Assembly (NCBI GenBank): GCA_964004625.1
Contig: CAXFOB010000042.1
Coordinates: forward strand, 8,791-72,790
Reading direction: 5' to 3'
Source of the DNA: an uncultured Flavobacteriales bacterium
GTDB lineage: Bacteria; Bacteroidota; Bacteroidia; Flavobacteriales; BACL11
DNA: 64,000 nucleotides
Shown: positions 47,742 to 57,405 of the stretch, piece by piece
Position numbering within the stretch: position 1 is the first letter of the stretch
Layout of the letters: every line of letters starts with the position of its first letter
Notes under the pieces: generated by a model
The model's input: the letters and a program-made list of their open reading frames with translations, nothing else
Told to the model about the DNA's origin: nothing
The model's database searches: none
Position numbers and translations under genes: made by a program

Positions 47742-49238
47742 ATGAAGAAAATCCTATTTAGTTTACTTACAATTTTAATGTATAACACTTCTTTTTCACA
47801 GGAAGTACAACTTTTTAAATCAAAAGATAATCTTTCTTATAAAATTGATGGTCATATTACGGGACTTCAGGACACATCTGTAATACTAGCGTATTATTTT
47901 GGTGGAAAACAATATGCCTCAGATACTGCGTTTTCTAAAAATGGAAAAATTGTTTTTAGCGGAGAAAAAGAACTTTCGGGTGGTATGTATATGGTAGTAC
48001 TTCCAAATCAACAATATTTTGATATAGTAATATCTGAGCAAAGGTTTTCTTTCTCAACAAACATTAATTCTCTAGTAAAGAGCATGACGTTTACCAACAG
48101 CAAGGAAAATACTCCGTTCTACAAATATCTTAATTTTATCACAGAAAAACAAAGAGAAGTTACTCCACTAAGAGAAAAGGAGAAAATAGCATCTGAAAAG
48201 GAAAAAAAACAAATTCAAGAGAAAATACTTAAAATTGATACAGAAGTAAAAAACTTTAAAAACAAATTTGAAAATAATTATTCTGAGATATTTTTCACTA
48301 AGATTTTAAAAGCAACAACAGACCCTATAATTCCTAATGCTCCGGACACAATGGATAAACAAGAAAAACAACTATTCCAATTTAAATATTACAAAGATCA
48401 TTATTGGGAAAATATGGATTTTACAGATGAAAGAATGCTAAAAACTCCTATTTTCTTTAGTAAAATGGATACTTATTTAAATAAACTAACTATACAAGAT
48501 CCTGATTCAATAAAAAAATCTGCAGATGTTTTAGTAACATTATCCAGACAAAATCAAGACATCTTTCAATATGTAGTATCCTACATCACTTCTACTTATG
48601 AAAGATCTAAGATAATGGGAATGGATGCAGTATTTGTACACATGGTAGAAAACTATTATATGACTGGTGAAGCAGATTGGGTGGAGGAAGATCAATTACA
48701 GAAAATTGAAGAAAGAGCGGAAAAAATTGCTCCAAACCTAATAGGAAGACCCGCTCCTCCCTTTTTAAATCAATTAGGAATGCCATTTATGAAAGATACT
48801 AATGGAGTTATCCATAGATTATACGATATAGAATCTGAATATACCCTACTAATATTCTTTGGTCCTGATTGTGGTCATTGTAAAAAAGAATTACCAAGAG
48901 TTAAGAAAGTAGTTGATTCATTAATTGCATCCCCAAAATTTCTAAGTCCTCATAAACCAATAGATATAAAAGTATATTCAGTTCAGACTGAATTTGACAA
49001 AAAGAAATGGAAAGAATTTATTGTTAATCAAGAAATAGGAGACTGGATTAATGTAGGAGATATTCAACAAGATCCTGATGGGAATCCAGCAGCAAGTAGT
49101 AACTGGAGAGATGAATACGATATTTATTCAACTCCTGTAATATATCTACTCGATAAAGATAAAAAAATATTAGCTAAGAGAATAGACTACAAGCAAATAT
49201 CTAAAGTCATAAAAAGATTGGAAGAACTTGAAAAATAG
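47742..49238 (+). CDS. Secreted TlpA-like thiol:disulfide oxidoreductase with long N-terminal accessory domains
   Basis: 498 aa with a signal peptide. The C-terminal thioredoxin fold carries LLIFFGPDCGHCKKELP (CxxC). Confidence 0.6.
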   Translation: MKKILFSLLTILMYNTSFSQEVQLFKSKDNLSYKIDGHITGLQDTSVILAYYFGGKQYASDTAFSKNGKIVFSGEKELSGGMYMVVLPNQQYFDIVISEQRFSFSTNINSLVKSMTFTNSKENTPFYKYLNFITEKQREVTPLREKEKIASEKEKKQIQEKILKIDTEVKNFKNKFENNYSEIFFTKILKATTDPIIPNAPDTMDKQEKQLFQFKYYKDHYWENMDFTDERMLKTPIFFSKMDTYLNKLTIQDPDSIKKSADVLVTLSRQNQDIFQYVVSYITSTYERSKIMGMDAVFVHMVENYYMTGEADWVEEDQLQKIEERAEKIAPNLIGRPAPPFLNQLGMPFMKDTNGVIHRLYDIESEYTLLIFFGPDCGHCKKELPRVKKVVDSLIASPKFLSPHKPIDIKVYSVQTEFDKKKWKEFIVNQEIGDWINVGDIQQDPDGNPAASSNWRDEYDIYSTPVIYLLDKDKKILAKRIDYKQISKVIKRLEELEK

Positions 49239-49239
49239 T

Positions 49240-49764
49240 TTACAATATCACTTCAGTTGAACCTGAGTCATTGGAAATATAGTATTTCAAATTATATAAA
49301 TTTAATAATTTATGCACTTCTTCCATTAATACTCCCTCACCTATACCGTGAATAATTTCAAGAGAGTGTTTTGATTTTTCCAATGCTAAATCCAACTCTA
49401 TTTTACAATAATCCATTTGAATTTTTACTATCTCAGAGTTTTGCATATGAACATGGTGATTAGTTAAATTTTCAATATGTAAATCAATTTTCACTCTTCC
49501 TCGACTATCAAACTTCTTCTTTCTTGATTTAATAACTTTTAAAACATCTTCATCCTCTGCTTTTAAGTTAAAAGAACTTCCATAGGAACTTGGATTATCT
49601 GTTTCTGAATCTAAAGGAAGTATCTCTGAAATATTTACAATATAAATAAACCCCTCTTCATCCTCAATCTTCACCTTTTTATCTCCAATCAGTAATAAAA
49701 TCTTGGCTTTTGTTCTATCTTCTTTAAGTATTATCTTTTCCCCTATTTTAAAAGAAAAAATCAT
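49240..49764 (-). CDS. Smr-domain protein
   Basis: 174 aa. The C-terminal ~80 aa (KIDLHIENL...LEIIHGIGEGVLMEEVHKLL) resembles an Smr domain. Confidence 0.45.
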   Translation of the reverse strand: MIFSFKIGEKIILKEDRTKAKILLLIGDKKVKIEDEEGFIYIVNISEILPLDSETDNPSSYGSSFNLKAEDEDVLKVIKSRKKKFDSRGRVKIDLHIENLTNHHVHMQNSEIVKIQMDYCKIELDLALEKSKHSLEIIHGIGEGVLMEEVHKLLNLYNLKYYISNDSGSTEVIL

Positions 49765-49769
49765 AAGGT

Positions 49770-51176
49770 TTAATCTAATAAAGTTTTTCTAGCGTCTTCT
49801 AATATGTCAAAGCATTTTTCTTTAGATGAACTTTCTGCATAAGTTCTTAAAACAGGCTCAGTACCCGAAGCTCTAATCATTAACCAAGTGTCGTCATCAA
49901 AAAAATACTTAAATCCATCGATAGTTTCTACTCTTTTTACTTCATACTTCCCAAAAGAAGTATAGTGTCCTTTTTTACAATTTTCAACAATATTATTCTT
50001 AATATCATTTGATATATGAAGATCTATTCTTTCAAAAAAGAACGAACCTACAACTTCGTAAACTTCTTTAATTAAATCTTCTAATGTTTTACCAGATTTT
50101 GCTAAAAACTCAAATAAGATTAACCCCATCCAAATACCATCTCTTTCAGGTATATGTCCTGCAGTTGCTATTCCACCACTTTCCTCTCCTCCTAACAGAA
50201 CATTTTCTGAAACCATCTTGCCTGCAATATGTTTAAATCCAATCGGTACTGTTTCTTGGTCCAAACCATAATAATTACAAATTTGTTTAACTTTTACTGA
50301 ACAAGAAAATGCAGTAACAACCTTACCTTTCATTTTCTTATATTTTACCATATAGTGTATCAATAAAAGAATAATATGATGAGAATCTATAAATTCACCT
50401 TTGCTATTATAAAGACCTATTCTATCCGCATCTCCATCAGTAGCTAATCCACAATCTATATCTCCCTTTTCTTTTATTAAATCAGAGAACTCTAACAGAT
50501 TTCTATGAATAGGTTCTGGAGCTTGACCATTAAAACCAGGATTGTTATCTGAATGCACCTGTAAAGCTTTAGGAAGTAATCTTGTAATTACATTTTTACC
50601 TGCTCCAAACATTGAATCATATGCTAAATTTAAACGAGAATTTCTAATTGAATCAAGATCAAAGTTACTTTCTGCGTGTTTACAATAGTCATCTTCTAAA
50701 TCCACATATTCCAACATTCCTTCTGATTCTAAATCCTTAAGACTTATAGAGTCAACATCAAAAGTGTTTAATTCAGGGATTCGATTCTCTACATCAGAAA
50801 TATCATCTTGTAATAAAGGTCCCCCAAAATCTCCTTTTAATTTATATCCGTTATATGATGGAGGATTATGACTTGCGGTAATAACAACTCCTATATTTGC
50901 TTTATAATTAACAACTCCTAAAGAAACCATTGGAGTAGACACAAATCCCTTAGCAAGCAGAACCTTAATTCCTTTTCTAGCTAATATTTTTACAGCCGTT
51001 TCAGCAAAAAGTTCTCCTGCAAACCTACAATCATGACCTACAATTACTGTAGGATTATCATACTTTGCTTGTAAAAATTCCGCAACAGCAAAACTGACTC
51101 TAGCTACATTATCTGTAGTAAATTCTTTCGCAATTATCGCTCTCCAACCATCAGTTCCAAACTTAATTTTTGTCAT
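49770..51176 (-). CDS. Alpha-D-phosphohexomutase (phosphoglucomutase/phosphomannomutase family)
   Basis: 468 aa. The N-terminus is KFGTDGWRA. The active-site Ser loop is ITASHNPPSYNG and the metal loop is ATDGDADR. Confidence 0.85.
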   Translation of the reverse strand: MTKIKFGTDGWRAIIAKEFTTDNVARVSFAVAEFLQAKYDNPTVIVGHDCRFAGELFAETAVKILARKGIKVLLAKGFVSTPMVSLGVVNYKANIGVVITASHNPPSYNGYKLKGDFGGPLLQDDISDVENRIPELNTFDVDSISLKDLESEGMLEYVDLEDDYCKHAESNFDLDSIRNSRLNLAYDSMFGAGKNVITRLLPKALQVHSDNNPGFNGQAPEPIHRNLLEFSDLIKEKGDIDCGLATDGDADRIGLYNSKGEFIDSHHIILLLIHYMVKYKKMKGKVVTAFSCSVKVKQICNYYGLDQETVPIGFKHIAGKMVSENVLLGGEESGGIATAGHIPERDGIWMGLILFEFLAKSGKTLEDLIKEVYEVVGSFFFERIDLHISNDIKNNIVENCKKGHYTSFGKYEVKRVETIDGFKYFFDDDTWLMIRASGTEPVLRTYAESSSKEKCFDILEDARKTLLD

Positions 51177-51226
51177 TTTTATAGGATTTTAGGACCACAA
51201 AAATAATAAAATAATTTAGATGGAAA

Positions 51227-52273
51227 TTATTTGAAATTCTGATATCTTTTATACTTTTTTTTGTTTTGATTGTGCTCTTTATTTGAAGATGTGAATTTAT
51301 GATATCCATCTCCATTACTTCCTGCACACATAAAATAATATTCATGTTGAGTCGCATTTAAAACAGCATCTATTGCATTTATACAAGGAATGCGAATAGG
51401 CCCTGGTGGAAGTCCCTTTGATTTATATGTATTATAAGGACTTTCAATATCTGTATGCTTATACAAAACTTGTTTTATTCCAAAATCTTTGTTTGCAAAC
51501 TTAACCGTGGGGTCTGCTTGTAAATAAGGAAAGTTTAATGGATTATTTAATCTATTTAAGTACAGACCAGCTATTATTGGTCTTTCATCTATTTTTTTAT
51601 CTTGTTCCTCCTCTACTATAGATGCTAATATTGAAACTTCAATTCTTGTTAATCCTAAGGAATCACACTTTAATTTCCTTTTGTCTGTCCAAAAAAATTC
51701 ATACTCTCTTTTCATCTTATTTAAAAAGGATGTTACAGATAGTCCTTTATACAATTGATACGTATTAGGTATAAAAAAAGAAGGTAATGTCTGTATATTT
51801 AAATCATTATCAGAAAGAAAAGAAGAAGTATCAAGATAAGAACTTAATTCTCCCCTTTCAAAACCTATAGAATCTTCTAATAAAACAATCATATCTTCTA
51901 TTAATCTTATATTTTCAGGTATATGTAGATTGAAAACTCTCTTGCTTGGAATCCTAAGAATATTAATTAAATCATTATTAGTATAACTATCTTTTAAATG
52001 AACAGTACCACATTTTATATTAGAATCAAACTTTTTAAGAGAAGACATAAATTTAAAAGACCAAACATTTCTCAAACTACCGTTTTCCTTAAGCAGCCTT
52101 ATCAAGTCATTCAAATTAATTCCTTCGTGAATTTCAATTTTAACATGTTCTGTCAATTCCGTTTTGACTTTAAAATTATGACTAATGAAAAGAGACCATA
52201 ACATATAAATTAATATGAAAAATACAGGAATTGTATATTTTATTTTACTTGAAAATAAGACAGTTTTAATCAT
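51227..52273 (-). CDS. mltG: Endolytic murein transglycosylase MltG (YceG-like)
   Basis: 348 aa with an N-terminal TM anchor. The C-terminal signature is SPYNTYKSKGLPPGPIRIP...YYFMCAGSNGDGYHKFTSSNKEH. Confidence 0.85.
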   Translation of the reverse strand: MIKTVLFSSKIKYTIPVFFILIYMLWSLFISHNFKVKTELTEHVKIEIHEGINLNDLIRLLKENGSLRNVWSFKFMSSLKKFDSNIKCGTVHLKDSYTNNDLINILRIPSKRVFNLHIPENIRLIEDMIVLLEDSIGFERGELSSYLDTSSFLSDNDLNIQTLPSFFIPNTYQLYKGLSVTSFLNKMKREYEFFWTDKRKLKCDSLGLTRIEVSILASIVEEEQDKKIDERPIIAGLYLNRLNNPLNFPYLQADPTVKFANKDFGIKQVLYKHTDIESPYNTYKSKGLPPGPIRIPCINAIDAVLNATQHEYYFMCAGSNGDGYHKFTSSNKEHNQNKKKYKRYQNFK

Positions 52274-54056
52274 GTTTTTTCTCTATTATATCTAAGTTAT
52301 CTTTTGCTAATTTGTAATCTGGATTTAGTTCTATTGCCTTTTTCATGTAATCTTTAGCTTTATGTAAATCCTTGTCTACATTTAAATAAATTAATCCCAA
52401 ATTATAATAAGCTTTATCAAAATTAGGATATAATTTTACCAAATCTAACAATCTGTTCCTTGCAATTTCAAATTTAGACATTTTTATCTCTAAAACTGCT
52501 GTTTTCAATTGGTAATCTAAATTAAAGGGGGAAAATTCTAAAGACTTTAAAAAATTATAATAGGCTTTTTCGTTAAAATTAAATTGAGAATAAGCATCTC
52601 CCACTCTAAGATACATAAGTCCTAAAATATTATTATTAAATGTGTTGTGAAAATCAACTAATTCAACACTTTCTGAAAATTTTATTAACTCTTTATACTG
52701 CTTTCTCAAATAGAAATATTGTATGAAGAAAGGAACAGATTCCTCCTTCTTAGATAGTTTCAGAAAACGTATTGCAGAGTCTAACAAAATTGAATTTTTA
52801 TCAAAACTTTCGTAATGTTTCAGATAAGCTTTTGCCTTACTTAAACTAGAGGGATTAGGATTATTAACGCAAACTAAAGATTGAAATTCTCCCTTTTTAT
52901 TATCTCTATGCTTTGGAATAGATATTTTATGATCAGTAATAGATACATGAGGGATATCGGTAGAAGATGATTTTGACATGTGACATGAAATACAATCTTT
53001 ATTATACTCTTTATCCTCACAAATCAAATGACAATCAGTACATTTACTATTAAAATACTCTCCAGGTAAAGAAGTTACACTTTTGTGTGGGTTATGACAA
53101 GAAATACAATTTACACCTCCTATTTTATAACAATCTGATTGTTGAAGCCTATCAACATGAGAAGCCATTATAAAAGATTCATCATTCTCAAACCTAGGTA
53201 CAAAAGTCTCCATAGTTTCAGATAGAGATGTTCCAGGTACAAAATCATTCCAGTTTTTTCCATTTTTCAAAACAGTAGTACCTTGTAGATGACACCTGCT
53301 ACATACATCAAACTGTAACTCCTTTTCTAATTTTGAAGGATTAACTATCGAATAGTCTACATACTTTGAGGTATCAATAATTATACCGGACATCTTTTCT
53401 TTTACATGAATTTCACCAGGTCCATGACACCTTTCACAATCTATCCCCTCTAAAACAGAATGATATTTATTTAAACTTTTATTTTCATACTTAGGATATG
53501 CATTATGACAACTCATACACTCCATTCCAATTTCCCTAGAAAAACGACTATTATTTCCGTTTTCATAACCGGGAGGTAAGTCTGCTCTTCTTTCTTGAGT
53601 ATAAAATGTATATGGCATTTGATGTAGATAACCATTAATTGAAAAGATATGAGAATTGGTATGATGTCCGGAACCAATAACATAATCTATCTTCTGAAGA
53701 AATTTATGAGAAGTATCTTTTCCTTCCATTCTAAATTCTAATAAATACAAGGAATCCTCTTTCCACAAAGGTTGATAAAATAAATCTTTTATGGTGTCAT
53801 AAATAAGAGGATTATTATTCTCATCTAAAACAGATTTAGTTTTTGTAGCAATAGAAAAAGACTTTCCCATTCCTGTTTGCATAAAGGAATTATAAATATC
53901 AAAATGACAAGTTTTACAAGTTTCTTTGCCTACATAGGAGACACTGTCATGATGATTTCTATAAATGTTGTTATTTACTTCATCTAATTCAGATACGGTA
54001 GAATTATTATTACAAGAAAAAAGAATTGAAAACAATAAAAGAAGCAGATATCTCAT
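52266..54056 (-). CDS. Heptaheme c-type cytochrome lipoprotein with C-terminal TPR domain
   Basis: 596 aa with a lipobox, ILFSC. I count seven CXXCH motifs: CKTCH, CMSCH, CERCH, CSRCH, CISCH, CTDCH and CISCH. TPR-like repeats fill the last ~200 aa. Confidence 0.8.
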   Translation of the reverse strand: MRYLLLLLFSILFSCNNNSTVSELDEVNNNIYRNHHDSVSYVGKETCKTCHFDIYNSFMQTGMGKSFSIATKTKSVLDENNNPLIYDTIKDLFYQPLWKEDSLYLLEFRMEGKDTSHKFLQKIDYVIGSGHHTNSHIFSINGYLHQMPYTFYTQERRADLPPGYENGNNSRFSREIGMECMSCHNAYPKYENKSLNKYHSVLEGIDCERCHGPGEIHVKEKMSGIIIDTSKYVDYSIVNPSKLEKELQFDVCSRCHLQGTTVLKNGKNWNDFVPGTSLSETMETFVPRFENDESFIMASHVDRLQQSDCYKIGGVNCISCHNPHKSVTSLPGEYFNSKCTDCHLICEDKEYNKDCISCHMSKSSSTDIPHVSITDHKISIPKHRDNKKGEFQSLVCVNNPNPSSLSKAKAYLKHYESFDKNSILLDSAIRFLKLSKKEESVPFFIQYFYLRKQYKELIKFSESVELVDFHNTFNNNILGLMYLRVGDAYSQFNFNEKAYYNFLKSLEFSPFNLDYQLKTAVLEIKMSKFEIARNRLLDLVKLYPNFDKAYYNLGLIYLNVDKDLHKAKDYMKKAIELNPDYKLAKDNLDIIEKKHD

Positions 54057-54526
54057 CTTACAAAGATATAAAAGTTATGATTTTCTTCGATTCTAACTAA
54101 TTGAAAACCTAAAGACAAAAATAAGGCATTGCTTTTTTTATTTAAAACATCAACACTACAATTTAGTTTTTTTATATTTAAATTATCAAAACAATAATTA
54201 GATAAAAGAGATACAGACTCTTTAGCAAATCCTCTGTTTTGGTACCCCTCATCAATAATTATTCCAATAGAAACTTCCTCTCCTTTGTAATTGAATAAAT
54301 CAATAAAACCGACAGGATTTGACTTATGATCCACTACAAATCTAAATTGTTTGGCTATCTGTAAATCAGTACCAGAATTTTTGATGTAGGATTTTAGTTC
54401 TTTCCTTGTATATCTTATTTGTTCAGTTCCAAATTCCCACAAAGAAGTGTCATTTTCAATCTTTTCTAAAAAATCTAAGTCTGAATAAATTAATGACCTG
54501 AGAGATATATTTGTACCAACTAACAT
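54053..54526 (-). CDS. GNAT-family N-acetyltransferase
   Basis: 157 aa. The core QNRGFAKESVSLLSNYCF is acetyl-CoA-binding motif A-like. Confidence 0.7.
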   Translation of the reverse strand: MLVGTNISLRSLIYSDLDFLEKIENDTSLWEFGTEQIRYTRKELKSYIKNSGTDLQIAKQFRFVVDHKSNPVGFIDLFNYKGEEVSIGIIIDEGYQNRGFAKESVSLLSNYCFDNLNIKKLNCSVDVLNKKSNALFLSLGFQLVRIEENHNFYIFVR

Positions 54527-55293
54527 TCAAACTCTCCCGAATATACCATTGAAGCTTCACCAGAAAGCCAAATGTTAGTATATTTTGTTCCGTCATGTTG
54601 AAACGAAACCATCAAATCACCTCCTGATGTTTTTATTCTTAAATTTGTTTCTTCTAACTTGCCTATTTCGTATAATGCAATAGCTGTCGCTACACTACCC
54701 GTACCACAAGAAAGAGATTCCATTTCATCCCCTCTTTCATATGTCCTGATTGACACCCCATCTAGTAAGTCCACAAAATTTACATTTATCCCATAATTAC
54801 CAAACTCTTTGGAAAATCTTAACCTTCTTCCTGTATTCAGAACATTTACTGTTGTTACATTCTCTACTATTTTAACTAAATGAGGAGATCCGGTATCTAA
54901 AACAATAGAATTTTCTCTAACATTTACTTCTTCAACATCTGCCATTTTCATTGACACAATACCTTGGTCTATACTGCCTTTATGAATTCCATCATAAGCC
55001 ATAAATTCACACTCCTTCTTAAACAATTCTAGGTAATGAGCAAACGCAAGTATACATCTCCCTCCATTTCCACAAAATGTAGACCTCTCTCCAATAGAGT
55101 TAAAAAAAATCATTTCAAAAATAGAAGTCTTATGATTTCGTAATAATATTAAACCATCTGCACCAATTCCAAATCGTCTTTCACACAAAGACTGTATTAA
55201 AAGACTATCATCAATATCAAATAATTCCTCCCTATCATCTATCAAAATAAAGTCGTTTCCAGTTCCTTGAAACTTATAAAAATCAATAATCAT
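54520..55293 (-). CDS. dapF: Diaminopimelate epimerase
   Basis: 257 aa. The N-terminus is FYKFQGTGNDFILID. The two catalytic Cys contexts are FCGNGGRC and SCGTGSVA. Confidence 0.9.
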   Translation of the reverse strand: MIIDFYKFQGTGNDFILIDDREELFDIDDSLLIQSLCERRFGIGADGLILLRNHKTSIFEMIFFNSIGERSTFCGNGGRCILAFAHYLELFKKECEFMAYDGIHKGSIDQGIVSMKMADVEEVNVRENSIVLDTGSPHLVKIVENVTTVNVLNTGRRLRFSKEFGNYGINVNFVDLLDGVSIRTYERGDEMESLSCGTGSVATAIALYEIGKLEETNLRIKTSGGDLMVSFQHDGTKYTNIWLSGEASMVYSGEFEC

Positions 55294-55355
55294 TTATATA
55301 ATTTATTTTAATGTAAAAATACATATTAAATGCTATACCTATTCATCAGAAATAC

Positions 55356-55363
55356 TATTTTTG
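55356..55363 (+). promoter_or_regulatory. -7 promoter box TATTTTTG upstream of gap
   Basis: Exact TAnnTTTG match, 29 nt before the ATG at 55393. Confidence 0.4.
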
Positions 55364-55392
55364 CAAACAATTAAACATCTAAAAAATCAAAT

Positions 55393-56826
55393 ATGGCAAT
55401 ATCTTACGATAATCAATTATCCGATTGGGTAAACAAAGAAAAATCTGGAGTAAACCTTTTAAATTCTGTTGGCACCTTAATGTACGATAAAGGAATTGAA
55501 TTAGTATTTTTCAGAAATAGATTATTAGAAATTGGCGTATCTGAACTATTAAACTATAGCGAATACGCAAACAATATTGTTGGAAGAGAAAATAATATCG
55601 AAACAGCTTCTCTTTTAGCAAAAGAGATGTTAAACATGAACTTATCTGCTAGTAAAATTGATATTGGACTTTTAACTGCTGAGTATATTGAAGAAGAGGG
55701 TAAAAATACTAATGTGTTTTTATCTAAAAAATTAAGCTATATTATAAATGCAGATACCTCTAATCATAAAGCGAAAGATGTAATATTATATGGATTCGGT
55801 AGAATTGGAAGATTAACAGCCAGAGAACTTATAAAACAAGCAGGTGTAGGGCAACAATTAAGATTAAAAGCTATTGTTGTAAGAAGATTAACAGATGCTC
55901 AAATTATAAAAAGAGCTGATTTATTAAGAACTGATTCCGTTCATGGATCTTTTAAAGGATTTATTGATGTAGATTTAGAAAATAGTTCCATCATAGTAAA
56001 CGGGCAAGTAATTAAGTTTGTGGATGGAGGAAAACCTGAAGATATTGACTATACAAAACATGGAATTGAAGACGCTTTACTAATCGATAATACGGGAGTA
56101 TTTACTGATAAAGAATCTCTTTCTCGTCATTTACGAGCAAAAGGAGTTAGCAAAGTATTACTTACCGCTCCTGGAAAAGAAATACCAAATATAGTTTACG
56201 GAATTAACTCTAAAGATTTAGATATTGAAGATACCCATATTTTCTCTGCTGCATCTTGTACAACTAATTGTATCGCTCCAATACTTCATGTTGTAGAAAA
56301 TAAATACGGTGTTGCAAAAGGTCATTTGGAGACTGTTCACGCCTACACAAACGATCAAAATCTTTTAGACAATATGCATAAAAAGCCTAGAAGAGGAAGA
56401 TCAGCAGCTATCAATATGGTTATTACCTCGACAGGAGCAGGGAAAGCAGTCACAAAAGTTATCCCTTCTTTAGAAGGAAAATTATCTGCTAATGCAGTAA
56501 GAGTGCCAACTCCTAATGTATCATTAGCAATTTTAAAGTTAACTCTAAATTCAGATACTTCGGTTGAAGAAATCAATACAACTATTAGAGAAGCTGCGTT
56601 ATCTGGAAAACTAATAAACCAGATAGATTACCAAGTAGATCCTGATTTAGTTTCTACAGACATTATAGGCAATACTTGTTGCTCTATTTACGATAGTAAC
56701 GCTACTATTGCTTCTGGAAAAGATGTAGTTTTATATACATGGTACGACAATGAGTTTGGTTACACCAAACAAGTTATTAGATTAGCGAAACAAATTGCCA
56801 AAGTAAGAAGACTAACTTACTACTAG
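55393..56826 (+). CDS. gap: Glyceraldehyde-3-phosphate dehydrogenase, long form with ~125-aa N-terminal extension
   Basis: 477 aa. The Rossmann motif YGFGRIGR only begins around aa 133. The catalytic motif is SAASCTTNC and the C-terminus is WYDNEFGY. Confidence 0.85.
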   Translation: MAISYDNQLSDWVNKEKSGVNLLNSVGTLMYDKGIELVFFRNRLLEIGVSELLNYSEYANNIVGRENNIETASLLAKEMLNMNLSASKIDIGLLTAEYIEEEGKNTNVFLSKKLSYIINADTSNHKAKDVILYGFGRIGRLTARELIKQAGVGQQLRLKAIVVRRLTDAQIIKRADLLRTDSVHGSFKGFIDVDLENSSIIVNGQVIKFVDGGKPEDIDYTKHGIEDALLIDNTGVFTDKESLSRHLRAKGVSKVLLTAPGKEIPNIVYGINSKDLDIEDTHIFSAASCTTNCIAPILHVVENKYGVAKGHLETVHAYTNDQNLLDNMHKKPRRGRSAAINMVITSTGAGKAVTKVIPSLEGKLSANAVRVPTPNVSLAILKLTLNSDTSVEEINTTIREAALSGKLINQIDYQVDPDLVSTDIIGNTCCSIYDSNATIASGKDVVLYTWYDNEFGYTKQVIRLAKQIAKVRRLTYY

Positions 56827-56838
56827 AAATTTAACCTC

Positions 56839-57405
56839 TTGAAATTAAATAGAAAACACTTTCTGTTTTATAAACTACTAAACTCTTCATTTACTGGTTT
56901 ATCAATTGGTATATTATTTACTATTTACAAACCATTAGAAGACCCCTCTATCTATTCTTTAGGAGGTATGTCTTTAGCAATATCCATGTTGTTGGTAGCG
57001 ATGTTATACGAGAAATTATTAAATATTACATACTTTTTCTATATTTCCATATTAGTAGAGACATTAATGATAATATCTTTATTCGTATTTTTAATTTGTA
57101 AAATCTCTTTTGCTTCTGCATTAACTATTTACTGTTTGTATCAGCTTACATTTATTTTTGGGGGATATTTAGTAAGAGCTGAAACATTAGTCGCTAACGA
57201 TAAAGATTACCTTGGGAAGATTGACATGTTAAAACAAATAGGATATCTAATAGGACTAGCCATATCTTATATTTTCTACAAAATAGTAGAAAATATTTAT
57301 TTAATTACAGAAGCAGAGTCTCAGATTAATTTACTCCACTATCCACTTATATTACTGCAATTATGTGTGATTCTGTTACTTTATAGTTCGTTTAAAAAGA
57401 ATTAA
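56839..57405 (+). CDS. Small polytopic membrane protein, unknown function (TTG start)
   Basis: 188 aa with about 5-6 hydrophobic helices. It starts at TTG 12 nt after the gap stop, and the first in-frame ATG is 43 codons later. I recognise no motif. Confidence 0.35.
   Translation: MKLNRKHFLFYKLLNSSFTGLSIGILFTIYKPLEDPSIYSLGGMSLAISMLLVAMLYEKLLNITYFFYISILVETLMIISLFVFLICKISFASALTIYCLYQLTFIFGGYLVRAETLVANDKDYLGKIDMLKQIGYLIGLAISYIFYKIVENIYLITEAESQINLLHYPLILLQLCVILLLYSSFKKN

Noticed and set aside
51163-51357. 64-aa minus-strand ORF spanning the mltG 3' end and phosphohexomutase 5' end
   Set aside because: It overlaps two supported genes in alternate frames and has no independent support.
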